Part shown: in pieces, positions 12,861 to 26,194 of the stretch
Layout: the number at the start of each line of letters is the position of its first letter
How positions within the stretch are numbered: position 1 is the stretch's first letter
NCBI RefSeq assembly: GCF_006345805.1
Contig: NC_043002.1
Coordinates: 90,706,001 to 90,770,000 of the forward strand
Source of the DNA: Octopus sinensis
Lineage: Eukaryota
Direction of reading: 5' to 3'
Length of the DNA: 64,000 nucleotides
Program-made: the position numbers and the translations under genes
The notes under the pieces: generated by a model
What the model saw: the letters and a program-made list of their open reading frames with translations, nothing else
Databases searched by the model: none
Told to the model about the DNA's origin: nothing

Positions 12861-15445
12861 TAATAATTTCATGTTCCAGAATTCACCTTCTCCTTAATAA
12901 CACATTTCTTTATTACCCACAAGGGGCTAAACACAGAGGGGACAAACAAGGACAGACATAGGTATTAAGTCGATTACATCGACCCCAGTGCGTAACTGGT
13001 ACTTAATTTATCGACCCCGAAAGGATGAAAGGCAAAGTCGACCTCAGTGGCATTTGAACTCACAACGTAACGCAGACGAAACACCGTTAAGCATTTCGCC
13101 CGGCGTGCTAACGTTTCTGCCAGCTCGCTTAATAACCATTAGCTTAGCTTCTTTTGTAAAGCTAAATCTAATCTACCAGAGACCTACTCTCCTGCCACAC
13201 CCAGTGGGCTCCTGACCCCAAGAAATTTGGTCTAATGAACGTACTTATGCTCTACAGTATAAGTCAGCTTGTTATGTCTTGCATGTCAACCTCTTTGCAG
13301 AATTGCCCACATAAGGGCTTAACCTTGTCTTGTCTTTTTAAGTACCAGGCTTAAGAAATAAGGACAGGGATGGAGGATTTATTCAAGTAAAAACCTTCCA
13401 AAGGTGCTCCAGCATTGCCACAGTCCAGTGACTGAAACAAGTATAAGATGAAAGAGAAAAGATATGGCATAAACATCCTTCACCTCTTTCTCTGCCCCCT
13501 TCTCTGTTTCTTTCTCTGTCATCATCAATCCCATCATCATCATGGTCATCATCACTATTGTTATGGACCTCATCATCGATGTCTTCTTCCCCTTTCTTGT
13601 AATCCATTCTACCATTCTTCCTTCTACAGAAAATATAGCCGCCATACATCTCTGCCAATATTTCATATGAAGATATTTTCCAATTAACAACCAGAATTCC
13701 ATATAGGATTTCTAGAATTACATGTAGAACTTTCCAGACCAGAGTTGCAGAAATAATTGTGCCGTATCTATAACAATGAATATTTGATGACTCTGCAAAT
13801 ATGCCAATTATTAATCTACTCACCATTTTTTTTTCCCCTTTTTGTTTTCCTCTTATTGGTTTTACATTTACAATTTCATTTTTTATTTTTGTTTGTATTT
13901 TCTTGTTTTAGTTTTTTTTTTCTGCTGAAATTGCTTTTTTGTTTTAATTTCCTCAGCTTGTTCTCTTTACCATTTCTTCTCTATCTTTCATCTTTTTTTT
14001 TATATATATATATTTATTCATCCTCTATAACATCAAGATTTATCATTGAATGAAATGACTCATAAATATACATAAATGTACTTCAAGAATGCCAAAACCA
14101 AGAATGGCCGTCAATAGGTTATCTGTTATTAAATAGTTTGACAATTATTTAATTCCAGCAACATGTATGTGTATGTACATATGTGTGTTTATGTGTACAT
14201 ATGCATCTGTATCCATATGCGTGTTTGTAAGACAGGGGTCCTCTCTTTGAAAACCAATCTTTTTTATCAGTTTGTCACATTACTTCCTCATACTTTGGTC
14301 TAGCTAGGTTTTTACCCGCTCCTCATAAAAAGAAAAGTTCAAAGAACCTTATGGTCTCTTGGAACAATTACAATAAAATGTGATATCTTATGCACTATGT
14401 CTGACACAATCTTAAGAGAGAATGCTTCTCAACCATTTTTGAAATGGTAGCAGTTCTTTACTACCATATAACAGATTAGTTTTACTTGCCTGTGATTTCT
14501 ATGAGACTCTCCTCTCATAGCTTTACCAAATTCACCATTGCCTGCACTGCTAACACCAAACCACCACATTAACTACCACCATTATGAACCATTTGCCCCT
14601 CATCACTTTTGTCATTTTAGCACATTATTGTGTTAGATGGACTGTTGTATTTGTTGTGCATCACTTTCCTTCTATCTTATACTCTTCACGTTGGTTAATT
14701 TTCTTAAGTTACTTCTGCTGGTATCCTATGGGACACTTCATAACAAACTTCTAGGTTCTCAATGTTAGAATGGTCAAACATGATTAGACATAGTCTTTAT
14801 GGTGGTGGAGTGCCATAACAAAGGGAGAGAAAGAGTCTTAACTCATCTCTTGCAACCACTAATGTATGTCAGTGTATGACTAGATCAGAGTGTCCCTCCC
14901 CCTTTCTCTGCCCATAATAATGAAGAATAAACCATTCACTTGATATATCATTATCATCATCCTCCTCATTTAACATCCGCCTTCCATGCTGGCATGGGTG
15001 GGATGGTTTGACTGGAGCAGGCCAAGCAGAAATCTACACCAAACTTCTGTAACTGTTTTGGTGGGATTTTTACAGCTGCATGCCCTTCCTAATGCCAACC
15101 ATGCGGTAGAGTGGACCTAGTGCTTTTTACATGGCACAAGCACAGGCGAGGTCAGTTTTGGCAAGGTTTTTACAGCTGGCTGCCCTTCTGAACACCAAGC
15201 ACTTTACTGTGTGGACTATATATATGTGTGTGTATGTGTATTAGTTTCAAATTTTGGCATAAGGCCAGCATTTTTGGGGATAGGTTAAGTCAATTGCATC
15301 CACCACAGTGCTCAACTGGTACTTATTTTATCGACCCTGAAAGGATGAAAGGTAAAGTTGACCTTGGTGCAATTTGAACTCAGAATGAAATACCACTAAG
15401 CATATTGCCAGGCATGCTAATGATCCTGCCAGCTCACCACATTAA

Positions 15446-15510
<65 letters not shown>

Positions 15511-15772
15511 TAAGTAATTTAGGGTTTAGCAACGATTTGCCTCACCACAAAACCTTGCCAAAACTGACCTCGTCTGTGCTTGTGCCATGTAAAAAGCACT
15601 AGGTCTTCTCTACCGCATGGTTGGCATTAGGAAGGGCATGCAGCTGTAAAAATCCCACCAAAACAGTTACAGAAGTTTGGTGTAGATTTCTGCTTGGCCT
15701 GCTCCAGTCAAACCATCCCACCCATGTCAGCATGGAAGGTGGATGTTATATATATATATATATATTACTTAT

Positions 15773-15902
15773 CACATCCAACCAAACTTGGATGTGCTGT
15801 CTGTAATGGTTTAAACTGTGGTGAATATCCTGAATAACTCTTAAACAACTCTTACAGAAGCCTGAGGCATTATAAACAGCACATCCAAGTTAAACTGGAT
15901 GC
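15773..15902. mobile_element. Small MITE-like element
   Basis: Inverted repeats aacttggatgtgctgtctgtaatg / cattataaacagcacatccaagtt about 110 bp apart. Confidence 0.5.
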
Positions 15903-16993
15903 GCTACTTAATATTTGTTACAAAAACTGCTTCTGTTGCTAATACTTAATGTGTGTGTGTGTGTGTGTATGTGTGTGTGAAAATATATATAGTCAGGCAT
16001 TCATTTTCTTTACTGGTTTAACTTAGACAGGTCATCATGATCCAAGCTAGTTCATATTTAGTTTTACTGCCCTCCTGGATTGGTTTGAAGTTCCACACAT
16101 CTCATTAATGTGGCATGATTTTTTGCCATTGGATGCGACAGAAGCCATATGGAGGAAATATTAAATTTGGTTGAGAATGGGACATAAGTAATTCTGTCAG
16201 TACATGACATGATGGTGAGATCCCATTCAATGCTACCAATCCAAGAGATGAAGACAGTTGGAACTCACAGGAAAAAAAGTTTTGGAAGGAGATTTGCATG
16301 CTAGTAGTTGATGGTTTTACTAATGTCTAGGGTAACAACAGCTTTTCCACTGAACTTGTCTAAAACAGAAGCCCACTGGTGTATATTTTCAATTCATGAA
16401 ACACATACACATACTCACACAAATTATTTAAAACCCTTAGCTGTGAAAATTAAGATTATGTTAATACATCTTCTTATTCTGTTAATTAAGCAAAAACAAT
16501 CAGGAGTCACCTTATATGATAGACATTATCATCGTCATCGTCATCATTGCCATCATCATTTAACATCCATCTTCCACGTTGGCATGGGTTGGACGGTTTG
16601 ACAGGAGCTGGCATGCCAGAGGACTGCACCAACCTCCACAGTCTATTTTGGCATGGTTTTTATGGTTGAATGCCCTTCCGAATGCCAACCACTTTACAGT
16701 GTGGACTGGGTGCCTTTTACATGGTACCAGCACCAGTGAGTTCTGCTTGGTATAGTTTTTAGGGCTGGATGCCCTTCATAATGTCAGCCATCTTCTGTGA
16801 TTAACTTATTTCATAATTTCTTTCTACTAAATTCAACTCAAGAGTTATGATCAGTCCAAAACTACCTAAGGAGGTGTTTTTCTCAGGTTCCACCACATGA
16901 AAATTCCAAAATGGATATAAAATCAATAAGTTGATTGTTTTTTTTTAATTTGTATTTTTTAGTTTTGTGATTTGTTCACTCTTTTATCTTCAG

Positions 16994-17077
16994 AAAAAAC
17001 AAAGACAACATGACGCAAAATTGGTAGAGGAAAAAGCTGTCAAAATCAAGGAATGGGTTGCAAGGAAGTTGGAACAA
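16994..17077 (+). CDS. PLEKHH1/2: PLEKHH1/2-like exon B
   Basis: cttttatcttcAG acceptor and CAA|GTAAGC donor. 84 nt, KKQRQHDAKLVEEKAVKIKEWVARKLEQ. The VEEKAxKIKEWVxxKL motif is what I recognise from the PLEKHH1/PLEKHH2/MAX-1 N-terminus. Confidence 0.9.
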
Positions 17078-17510
17078 GTAAGCTTTATTACTGTGTCATC
17101 TTTTGGTTGTATGTCTGTGTGTTGCATTCAAATCCTGAAGATCAATTTGTATATATTTGACTTTTGAACATTTACGATAATCTTTATGATATTGTTCTCA
17201 ATTGCATATTGTGTTCTCATTTAAGACAAACATAATTCAAATATTAATTATATATCTTGTTATATCCTACTGATTTTTACAAACCAGGGGTGGTCACCTC
17301 TGAATAAACAAGTATTAAATTTCGTTAGATAATTAAATGAAATACTGGGACCTGTACATTAGTATAAATGATATAAGATTATTAATACTGTACCGTACAA
17401 GGTACCAATAAGTTAGTCTGGCAGCCACAGGAATCTGAAGTTCCTGATTGTAAATTAGTGTGGATCATGAGGGGGTTCTGGAGTATCAGCGTCCAGAAAG
17501 TTGTTGTACC

Positions 17511-17777
17511 CAGGGCTGGTGCTAGGAAGAGTGGGGCCCAATTGTCAATGGAGCCTGTACTCTACAAAAGCTGAAGATTGATGTTTTATGCTTTGTGTAA
17601 TATGCCAATCCCAACCAAAAAGCATTGAAGGCTTGTGGCTCCACCATTAGCCACAATGATATACTAAAAGTTCATCTTAGCACCCTCCAATTGAATGTGG
17701 GCATGGGACCCTCTCTGTGAGTGGGGCCCATTCTAAACGAATATGTTTAAAAACGAATTGGTTTAAAACTGGCCCTT
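17511..17777. mobile_element. hAT-type MITE
   Basis: Ends cagggctggt / actggccctt with an imperfect 8 bp target duplication gttgtacc / gttgcatc and internal gtggggccca repeats. Confidence 0.6.
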
Positions 17778-19302
17778 GTTGCATCTGTATTACATATTGT
17801 GTTTTACATATGTAAATAGTCATAACATAGTATTAATCGCAGAATAACATACAATCGCAGAATAACATACAATACGTAGTATTAATAAAGGATGGTGCAA
17901 AAGTCACTTTTTTTATCATACCCAATTTTTTTTCCTTTTGGGTTATCTTACAGAAAGAGTTTATGTAAACATGCCATCAAATGTAATGCTTATTTATTCA
18001 TATTGCTTTGAATTACTCCTATATTATCTCATAACTTTGAGATTTCAACGATGTAATTGATATTTTTTAGAATGACATTGTAGGGTAGGTTTGCAAGGCC
18101 TGATATAGTCTCTATGAATTCGAAACAGGTAGAATATTTGGGCCTAATATAGGCAGTTTGACTTTTAAAGAGTTAAACATTCCAGGAGCTAAAGAGTAAT
18201 ATTAGAGAGCTGGCACCAGTTACATTACAAACTGTTGTGAAATACTGCCTTGACAGGGTTCACACAGAAAAGAATTTATGGGACATTATATTTCACAATT
18301 AATTGTAAGTAATTTCCAAAATCCAGTATATATTCTTTTATTCTTTTGCTTGTTTCATTCATTTGAATGTGGCCATGCTGGAGTACTGCTTTAAAGGGTT
18401 TATCGTCGAAGAAATCAATCATAGGACTTACTCTTTATCAGCCTAGTACTTATTCTATTGGTCTCTTTTGTTCAACCCCTAAGTTATGGGAACATATACA
18501 CATCAGCATCACTTGTCAAGGGATGGCAGGGGGACAAACACACATAAATATATATATATTGGTGCCTTGTTGTACCATTTATATACTTTTATCTATATAT
18601 ATATATATATACGATAGGCTTCTTTCAGTTTCCAAATCCACTCATGAGGCTTTCGTCAGGCTGAGGCTATTGTAGAAGACACTTGCCCAAGATGCCATGC
18701 AGTGGGACTGAACTCAGAACTATGTGGTTGGGGAGCAAGTGATTTTTGCATCACCCTGCATAATCTGCTTTACACTATTATATATACTTATGCACTTGAT
18801 ATACTCACTATACACTCCGAATTATTGAATAACATCCATTATATTCTGAAGCATGAAACACCATAGCATGATTATAGCATAACATTCTCTTAGGTTATGG
18901 ATTTCCTCAATGTTGACTCAAATTTCACAGCTCCTTTTTATTTCATTCATAACATCTGTTTATATTTACCAAACTGAGGAGATTCATTTGGACATTCTTT
19001 ATTTATCTCCATTTTATAATCAGAATTTCGGATAAATATACATGAATGGTTGCTGTCACATACTTTGCATTGGATTTTTATTGCCTGGTGACATTACTAA
19101 ATGTATGTTGTCAAGCTGACCAGCAAGCTTCTATGAAGTTGTACAATGAATAATCAGATATTTCTCAAATAATGCTTTACTCTTTTAAATAAGGAAGAAC
19201 ATCTACAAGATTCCACAAAATACATTTTCTGGGGGGAAAAAAACCCCAAACAAAACAGAAAACCTGACTGTCAACACCTGAAAGAATAAAAGAATACACA
19301 CA

Positions 19303-19345
<43 letters not shown>

Positions 19346-20540
19346 ACACATACAAACACACACACACACACACGCATGCACACACAAGGATCGTTTGTAG
19401 AAATACATAAATCCAGAGGAGAAGCACATTGGGTATCTTGTTTATTTTTATATCCAAGACTATATTGTCCAATGTGCAATTACATTTTCCAAGATGGTAT
19501 GATGGACCAGATTGGAAGAAAACTTGGCTGCTATTTCTAGTAATTAAAATGAGGTTACCCTGGGTTTCTTGCTCATAAGGGGTTTAGACCCTAAACACTG
19601 CTGGCTTGAAACCTCTTTATATATATATGTGTGTGTGTGTGCGTGCATATATTTGCATATATATATATATATATATATATATGCACTCCCACATATAAAT
19701 TTTCATGCTCTTACTTAGTGCAATTTAAATTGTATGACATATAACCAATATTGAGAATCCTATATGTGTCATACTTCAAAAGATAAAACTTCAAGAACTT
19801 GTATTATGGTTCAAGTTTCCTTTCACTGATTTCTTTAGTTGAGAAGATCACAGAGTACGTACAGAAAATATAGAAAAAACAAAACAGGAGAGCCCATTCC
19901 TTTACTATATATGTAAAAAATATGTATACATTTTTATATGTCTATGCCTGTATATGCATATATTCTCTCTCTCTCACACACACACAGACACACACATGTA
20001 TGTGGACATATGTAGACACACACACACACACACACATACATTCAAACAAAAGTAATGCTATACTGAACATCTTGTAGATGTATCTTCAATGTTATCTTCA
20101 TGATGTATAACTTGATTCCATATTTAAACATAAGTCCTCTCATTTAAAAGGGGGTTCAAAGAAAATTGCATATTGCAACATTATGTCTTCCTCGATGTTG
20201 TTATTTGTATAAGTGAGCTAGAGATCAAAACGGGCACACTGGCTCAAGAAACCAAATTCTCTTCTAGAGTGCTTACTCTGGTTATAGTTGGTTAGTCCAC
20301 ATCACTTTGTAAGGAGCATAACAGTTTCTCTGTTATATATATTTCTCCCTGGACAAAATACCAGTCCATCACTGGATTATGCATTTTTACCAGCTGAGTG
20401 GACTGGAGCAAAATGAAATGAAGTGTTTTGCTCAAAAACATACCGCATCACCTGGACCAGGAATCGAACCATAATCTTATGATCATGATTCCAACTTTGT
20501 AATCACTAAGCCATGTACCTTTACAAGTATTTACCATAAT

Positions 20541-20849
20541 CACCATGATCACCGTGATCGACCAGGCTATCAGATGTTGCTACACATCGCTGGTCACAAT
20601 GTGCTTCACATTGTTTTAGCCTTCAAATGACGCCACCCCACTGGCTAAGTGAGCAGGCCAACAGAAGAAAGAGTGAGAGAAAGTTGTAGCGAAAGAGTAC
20701 AGTAGGGATCGCCACCATCCCCTGCCAGAGCCTCGTGGAACATTAGGTGTTTTCGCTCAATAAACACTCACAATGCCCAGTCTGGGAATCGAAACCACGA
20801 TCCTATGACCGCGAATCCGCTGCCCTAACCACTGGGCCATTGTGCCTCC
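20541..20849 (-). mobile_element. tRNA-derived SINE family E with target-site duplication
   Basis: Head ggaggcacaatggcccagtggttagggcagcgg and B-box ggtttcgattccc. TSD atttaccataat on both sides. Related copy at 41379-41640(+). Confidence 0.85.
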
Positions 20850-22517
20850 ACATTTACCATAATATCAACCAAAATAACAATATTACTAAGTCTTTTGAAG
20901 CACATTTCGGGATTAATTATGAAATGGATTATCAGAGAAACTGAAACTAAATTATTTGAAAGTAACTCAAGTAATTGTTTTGTAAAATTTGGTCCATATC
21001 CTTTTCTTGTACAGCACCAGACAAAATATCTAGCAATCTTGGAACCAGAAGTGACACATATTTCCAGATGTTTCAGTTTCTAGTCTTTAACAGATTCAGA
21101 ATAATACTTTACTAAAGTATGGTCTATTTGTTATTTAGTAATCCACTTAAAATTCTTAAGATATATCATACTGTGCCATGGGTACAGTTATAATGTTTAT
21201 AGGATGAAAAGTAAAGAACATGATTTTATTTAACTCATATACTTACAAGTTAATACATTTCTTAATCTGAATATCTTTAATTTTTATCAGTCAACATATT
21301 AAAAAAAAATATTTTTAACACACTGTATGCAGATTAATTAACTTCAAAAATAGGGTTTATTTACTCAAGACAGGGTACAGTAATATTGCATAGCATTGCA
21401 CAATCTCCCTGGATTTCTGAAAGCTGGATAACAGGTCCAATACTGCATAAGGTTTCCATTTTATTGAGCAGCATAAACTGCATATATCTTCAACAGAATA
21501 TGAAGGAAAGAAATGATTTAATTGCATTTTTTCTTTGAACCCTGGACAGAATTATGCTCTGCCTTCTTAATATTTTGCTTTCTGTTTTCATTTCAAATAT
21601 GTTGGCTCAAATTTGTATCTCTTTGAACTGAAATTGCACTTAGAATATGGAAAGTATGTCAAAAGGAACAGATAAGGTTGAAATAGCCTTTTGATAACAA
21701 GGCCTTTCAGAAGTTCACTGACCTTAATCACCTCTGAATATCTGATCTAAGATGTCATCATAATCTTGCTGATTGGATATTGGAAGTTTAAACATAAAAA
21801 TGTTCTTAATGTTAGTTCACACATCCTATTTCGGTTCTCTGATGTTAGGTTCATAATTTTGGTTTGAAAGTGATGTCTTAAAAGTTGTCTCAGAGGATTT
21901 TTTTCAACTTCTTTTACCATTCTGTTTCTACATTTCCATATCCTTATTTCATTTTGCATTTCAGATAGAATAATATTTTTAAAAATATAAATATAAATAT
22001 AAATATACATTTTTCATTTCAAATAAAATACTTTTAAAAATAAAAATAAAAACAACATAAATTCTTAAATTTCTTTCTCCAAATGATTTCAAATTTTAAA
22101 GTAACAAATATTTTTTTCAGTTTTTAATTTTTGTTAATTTTTCAAATATAGAAGGAAAAAGAAAGAAAATGATAATGAAATAACTGGCCTAATGATACCA
22201 CTTTTCGACTAGTGGCATTATCTTTATACGAGATGTGCCACTTGTATGCAGGTGGTACTAACTCTGTATCTTTTAACTTTTACTTGTTTCAGTCATAAGA
22301 CTATGGCCATGCTGGGGCACTGCCTTGAAGGGTTTTAGTCAAACAAATCAACTCTGGGCCTTCTCATTTTTAAGCCTGGTACTTAATCTGTCGATCTTTT
22401 TTTGCTGAATTGCTAAATTATGGGTATGTAAACACACCAACACTAGTTGTCAAGTGGTGCGAGTGGTGGACAAACACTGACACAAAGACACACATACATA
22501 GATATAATATGCATACA

Positions 22518-22560
<43 letters not shown>

Positions 22561-23138
22561 TAAACAATCTTCTTTCAGTTTCAGTTTACCAAATCCACTT
22601 ATAAGGCTCTGGTCAACCCAAGGCTATAATAGAAGACACTTGTGCAAGATTCCATGCAGTGAGACTTATCCTGGAACCATATAGTTGGGAAGCAAGCTTG
22701 TTACCACACAGCTATGCCTGCACCTATATGTATACGAAGCATCAACTCTATATTGTTCTGAAGCTACGCCTGGCTCATTAGGGCCGGTTTCCCAGTTTCC
22801 TTGGCGTATAGGTTCCTCACCTTGACAGGATGCTGGTCCATCGCAGCTGAGCTGCAAGATGCAGGAGAAAAGAGTGTGTGTGTGTTTGTGTCTATGTTTG
22901 TCCACCACTAACACTTATTAACTGATGTTGGTGTGCTTATGTCTCTATAACCTAGAGGTTCAGCAATAAGTGACTGATAAAATAAGTACCAGTTTTAACA
23001 AAAGTTAAGTACTGGGGTCAATTCATTTGACCAAAAATTTCTACATGGTGGTGCTCCAGCATGGCCACAGTCAAATGACTGAAACAAGAGATAAAAAACA
23101 AAAAAAAACAGGGAAGTATTGAAAATGAATTTTAGCAA

Positions 23139-23537
23139 GGCGCAGGAGTGGCTGTGTGGTAAGTAGCTTGCTTACCAACTACATGGTCCTGGGTTCAGTC
23201 CCACTGTGTCGCACTTTGGGCAAGTGTCTTCTACTATAGCCTCGGGCCGACCAAAGCCATGTGAGTGGATTTGATAGACAGAAACTGAAAGAAGCCAATC
23301 ATATATATGTATATATATATGTGTGTGTGTTTGTGTGTCTGTGTTTGTTTCCCCGACAATACTTGACAACTGATGCTGGTATGTTTACGTCCCCGTAACT
23401 TAGGGCTTCGGCAAGAGAGACCGATAGAATAAGTGCTAGGCTTATAAAGAATAAGTCCTGGGGTCGATTTGCTTGACTAAAAGGGGATGCTCCAGCATGG
23501 CCGCAATCAAATGACTGAAACAAGTAAAACAAAAAGA
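23139..23537 (+). mobile_element. SINE family A (tRNA head, CORE-like domain, internal (TA)/(TG) tract)
   Basis: ggcgcaggagtggctgtgtggtaag head, gggttcagtccc B-box, ttgggcaagtgtct, tail gactgaaacaagtaaaa. Other copies at about 18335-18740(-), 22270-22723(-), 32829-33211(+), 37137-37436(-), 45343-45560(-), 45726-45977(+), 50850-51285(+), 53825-54250(-). Confidence 0.85.
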
Positions 23538-24817
23538 ATTGAGTGAGAAATTGGTGCTAGATTGTAGTAGCCAGCGGGAAGAACAGTAGCAGAACAAGAT
23601 GAAACAATGTTTACTTCCTCAACGGACATTTGACAAATTACAGCAATCTACATAGAAAGCTCAAGATTAAAGATTGCCAAAGGCAAGCTAAAATAATAAG
23701 AGAAACATAACAGAAATATTGCAGCTCAAATTTCTAATCTTTTGATCATCATCATCAGCGTCATTTAATCTCTGTTTTCCATACTGGCATGGGTTGGATT
23801 GTTTGACTGAAAAACTGGTAAGCTGGGGAGCTGCACCAAGATGCAATCTGATTTGGCATGGTTTCTACAGCTGGATGCCCTTCCTAACACCAACCACTCC
23901 GGAACCGTGTGGAGCTTAAGTGTTTTGCTCATAAACACACACATCGTCCGGTGTGAGATTCGAACCCGTGATCCCTTGACCGCGAGTCCGCTGCTCTAAC
24001 CACTAGGCCATGTGCCTCCACTGATATATTATGTGCCAGTTACATAACACCAGCATCAACCATGACTTTGATCTCACTTGGCTTAACAGGTCTTCTCAAG
24101 CATGATATATCACCAAGGGTCTCAGTCACTTGTCACTGCCTCTGTCAGTCCCAACGTTCAAAGAGTGCTTTTTACATGCCACCAGCACAAGTGCCAGCAA
24201 TGGGACACTGGCATCGGCCATGACTCTGACTATGGCTTCACTTGGTTTGATGGTCTTCTCAAGCACAGCATATTGCTCAACATTTACAGGGTGCTTATTA
24301 TGTGCTACTAATACAGGTGCCAGTTACACAACACTGGTATTGGCCATGACTGTGGTTTCACTTGGCTTGACAGGTCTTCTCAAGCACAGCATATTGCCAA
24401 AGGTCTTTTCCTTGTTTACAAATTTTATTAACTGAGGCAAAGTTTATTTTCAAGCCAGCAAGAAACCCATTGGAACTGTTATCCTTTTACCATTCAGATT
24501 GCTCTGTCAAATGTAATGCCTATTTATTCAGGTTGTTTTGAATTAACGATGTATTATCTTCATAGCTTTGAGATGTTGATGATGAGATTGCTTATTTTTA
24601 AAATAGCCTTTTATGGTAGGTACAGGGGGCCAGATCTGGCCAGTTTGAACATAAAACAGGTTAAGTATTTGAGCTGGATATGGCTGGTTTAAATGCTAAA
24701 GGGTTATCGTATGAATCTAACTGGTTTGATATTCAACCCTGTCACGCCATATTCCTGCTATAATGGGAATAGGTTAAACATCATCTCTACGAGATTTCTT
24801 GTAAAGCAGTAATAAAG

Positions 24818-25304
24818 GGGCTAAACAGTGGGGGGTGTAATTCCCATATGGGACTGTCACGTTAAGTTGACAGTATACAACCACTCTATCGCTCCACCAC
24901 CGCTCATGTCTCTTTGAGACATTTAGAAATTTAATATTTCTGATTACGGTGATCAGTGAATAGATTTCACTGTAAATATATATGTTTGTGAAGGCTGGAC
25001 AGGCTCCTCAATCAGCAGATCTCACTATCCTGGGCTGATGACGGGTTAAGACCCAGAAACATGCATGCCCTCAGGTGTGAATCTTGGCTGGTGGGGGTGC
25101 TTACCTCCCATTCACAAACATAAGGACACAGGGAAAAAAAAATGTGTCAAAGCCGACAGGAAGCGTTCAATGCTTCCTAGGGCTAAACAGCGGTGGTGTA
25201 ATTCCCATACGGGACTGTCACTGTAAGTTAACAATATACAACCACTCTATCACTCCACCACCGCTCATGTCTTTTTGAGGCATTTAGAAATTTAATATTT
25301 CTGA
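24818..25304 (+). mobile_element. Penelope-like remnant: ~125 bp direct repeats flanking a hammerhead-like motif
   Basis: 24818-24943 and 25180-25304 are near-identical direct repeats. Between them lies cctggg-CTGATGA-cgggttaagaccca-GAAA-catgcatg-cc-ctcagg (25029-25075). Confidence 0.6.
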
Positions 25305-25571
25305 GTAATAAATGATACATACAGAAAAAGAAGATGCAGCCAATTCTGTCCATTAGTTTGTCTGTAACCATTTCTCTTGAGTTGTAGATGTAACTGTTTA
25401 TTTCTTTTCTTTGCTTGGATTCCCATGTGGAGAGTAAAGTTAGATACAGGGGCCCAGGTCTGAGAGGATTAAACAGTTTGTGGTGATCACTACTAAAATA
25501 GTAAATTTTAATTTATATCACATATATGTATCTACTGCTAACATATAATCTCACTTTATTTTTTTTTACAG

Positions 25572-25700
25572 CTCGAAGAAGAAAAACACTCGCTGATTCT
25601 TGAAAATAGTTTATTACGAGAACAACTACATGTTTTCAGGGACCGGTACAACTGCCTGCAATCATTTCAAGGTCATTCATTATATCGAGACAGCTTGCAG
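25572..25700 (+). CDS. PLEKHH1/2: PLEKHH1/2-like exon C
   Basis: T-run plus acAG acceptor and CAG|GTATTT donor. 129 nt, phase 0/0, LEEEKHSLILENSLLREQLHVFRDRYNCLQSFQGHSLYRDSLQ. Continues the coiled coil after KLEQ. Confidence 0.8.
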
Positions 25701-25729
25701 GTATTTTATAACTCAGTTTTATATCACAG

Positions 25730-26110
25730 CTAGCAGTATTGCCCGGCGTTGCTTGGGTTTGTAAGGGAAATAACTATAAAGCATTTTTAGAGAGTTATAG
25801 CCAAAAAATAGCAAAAAAAGGGGAAAAAATTATGGTAAATTTTTTTTTTTAGTTAAAAAGGTCGAGTTGTGTCCCCTAGACAGTCTGTGGTTTGTGTTTC
25901 TGATTCTCGACCCCATGTCGAATTTATCGATTTTTTTCAGAACTGGGGGAACTTTTCAAAATTTTTGCTGCGTTAGTTTTGAATTATGACATTGGGCTAT
26001 GTGTGTGTCAAGTTTCATCAGAATCGGTTGAAAGCCGTGGTCAGGGTGAGGGTACAACCTAACAGACACACAGAAACACACACAGACAAACTGCCGTTTA
26101 TATAGAGAGA
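25730..26110 (-). mobile_element. Non-autonomous Helitron
   Basis: On the minus strand it begins TC(tctctatataaa) after an A and ends with the hairpin acccaagcaacgccgggc followed by CTAG. It shares its 3' end with the copies at 27415 and 36493 and sits 29 nt from the exon C donor. Confidence 0.8.
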
Positions 26111-26194
26111 TTAGTGTCATTTGTCAGGAGTTTTCCAAGTCACCAATTAATTACTGATTGACTGTTCTGACGTTGAGAGTGACAAGGAAGTGTC

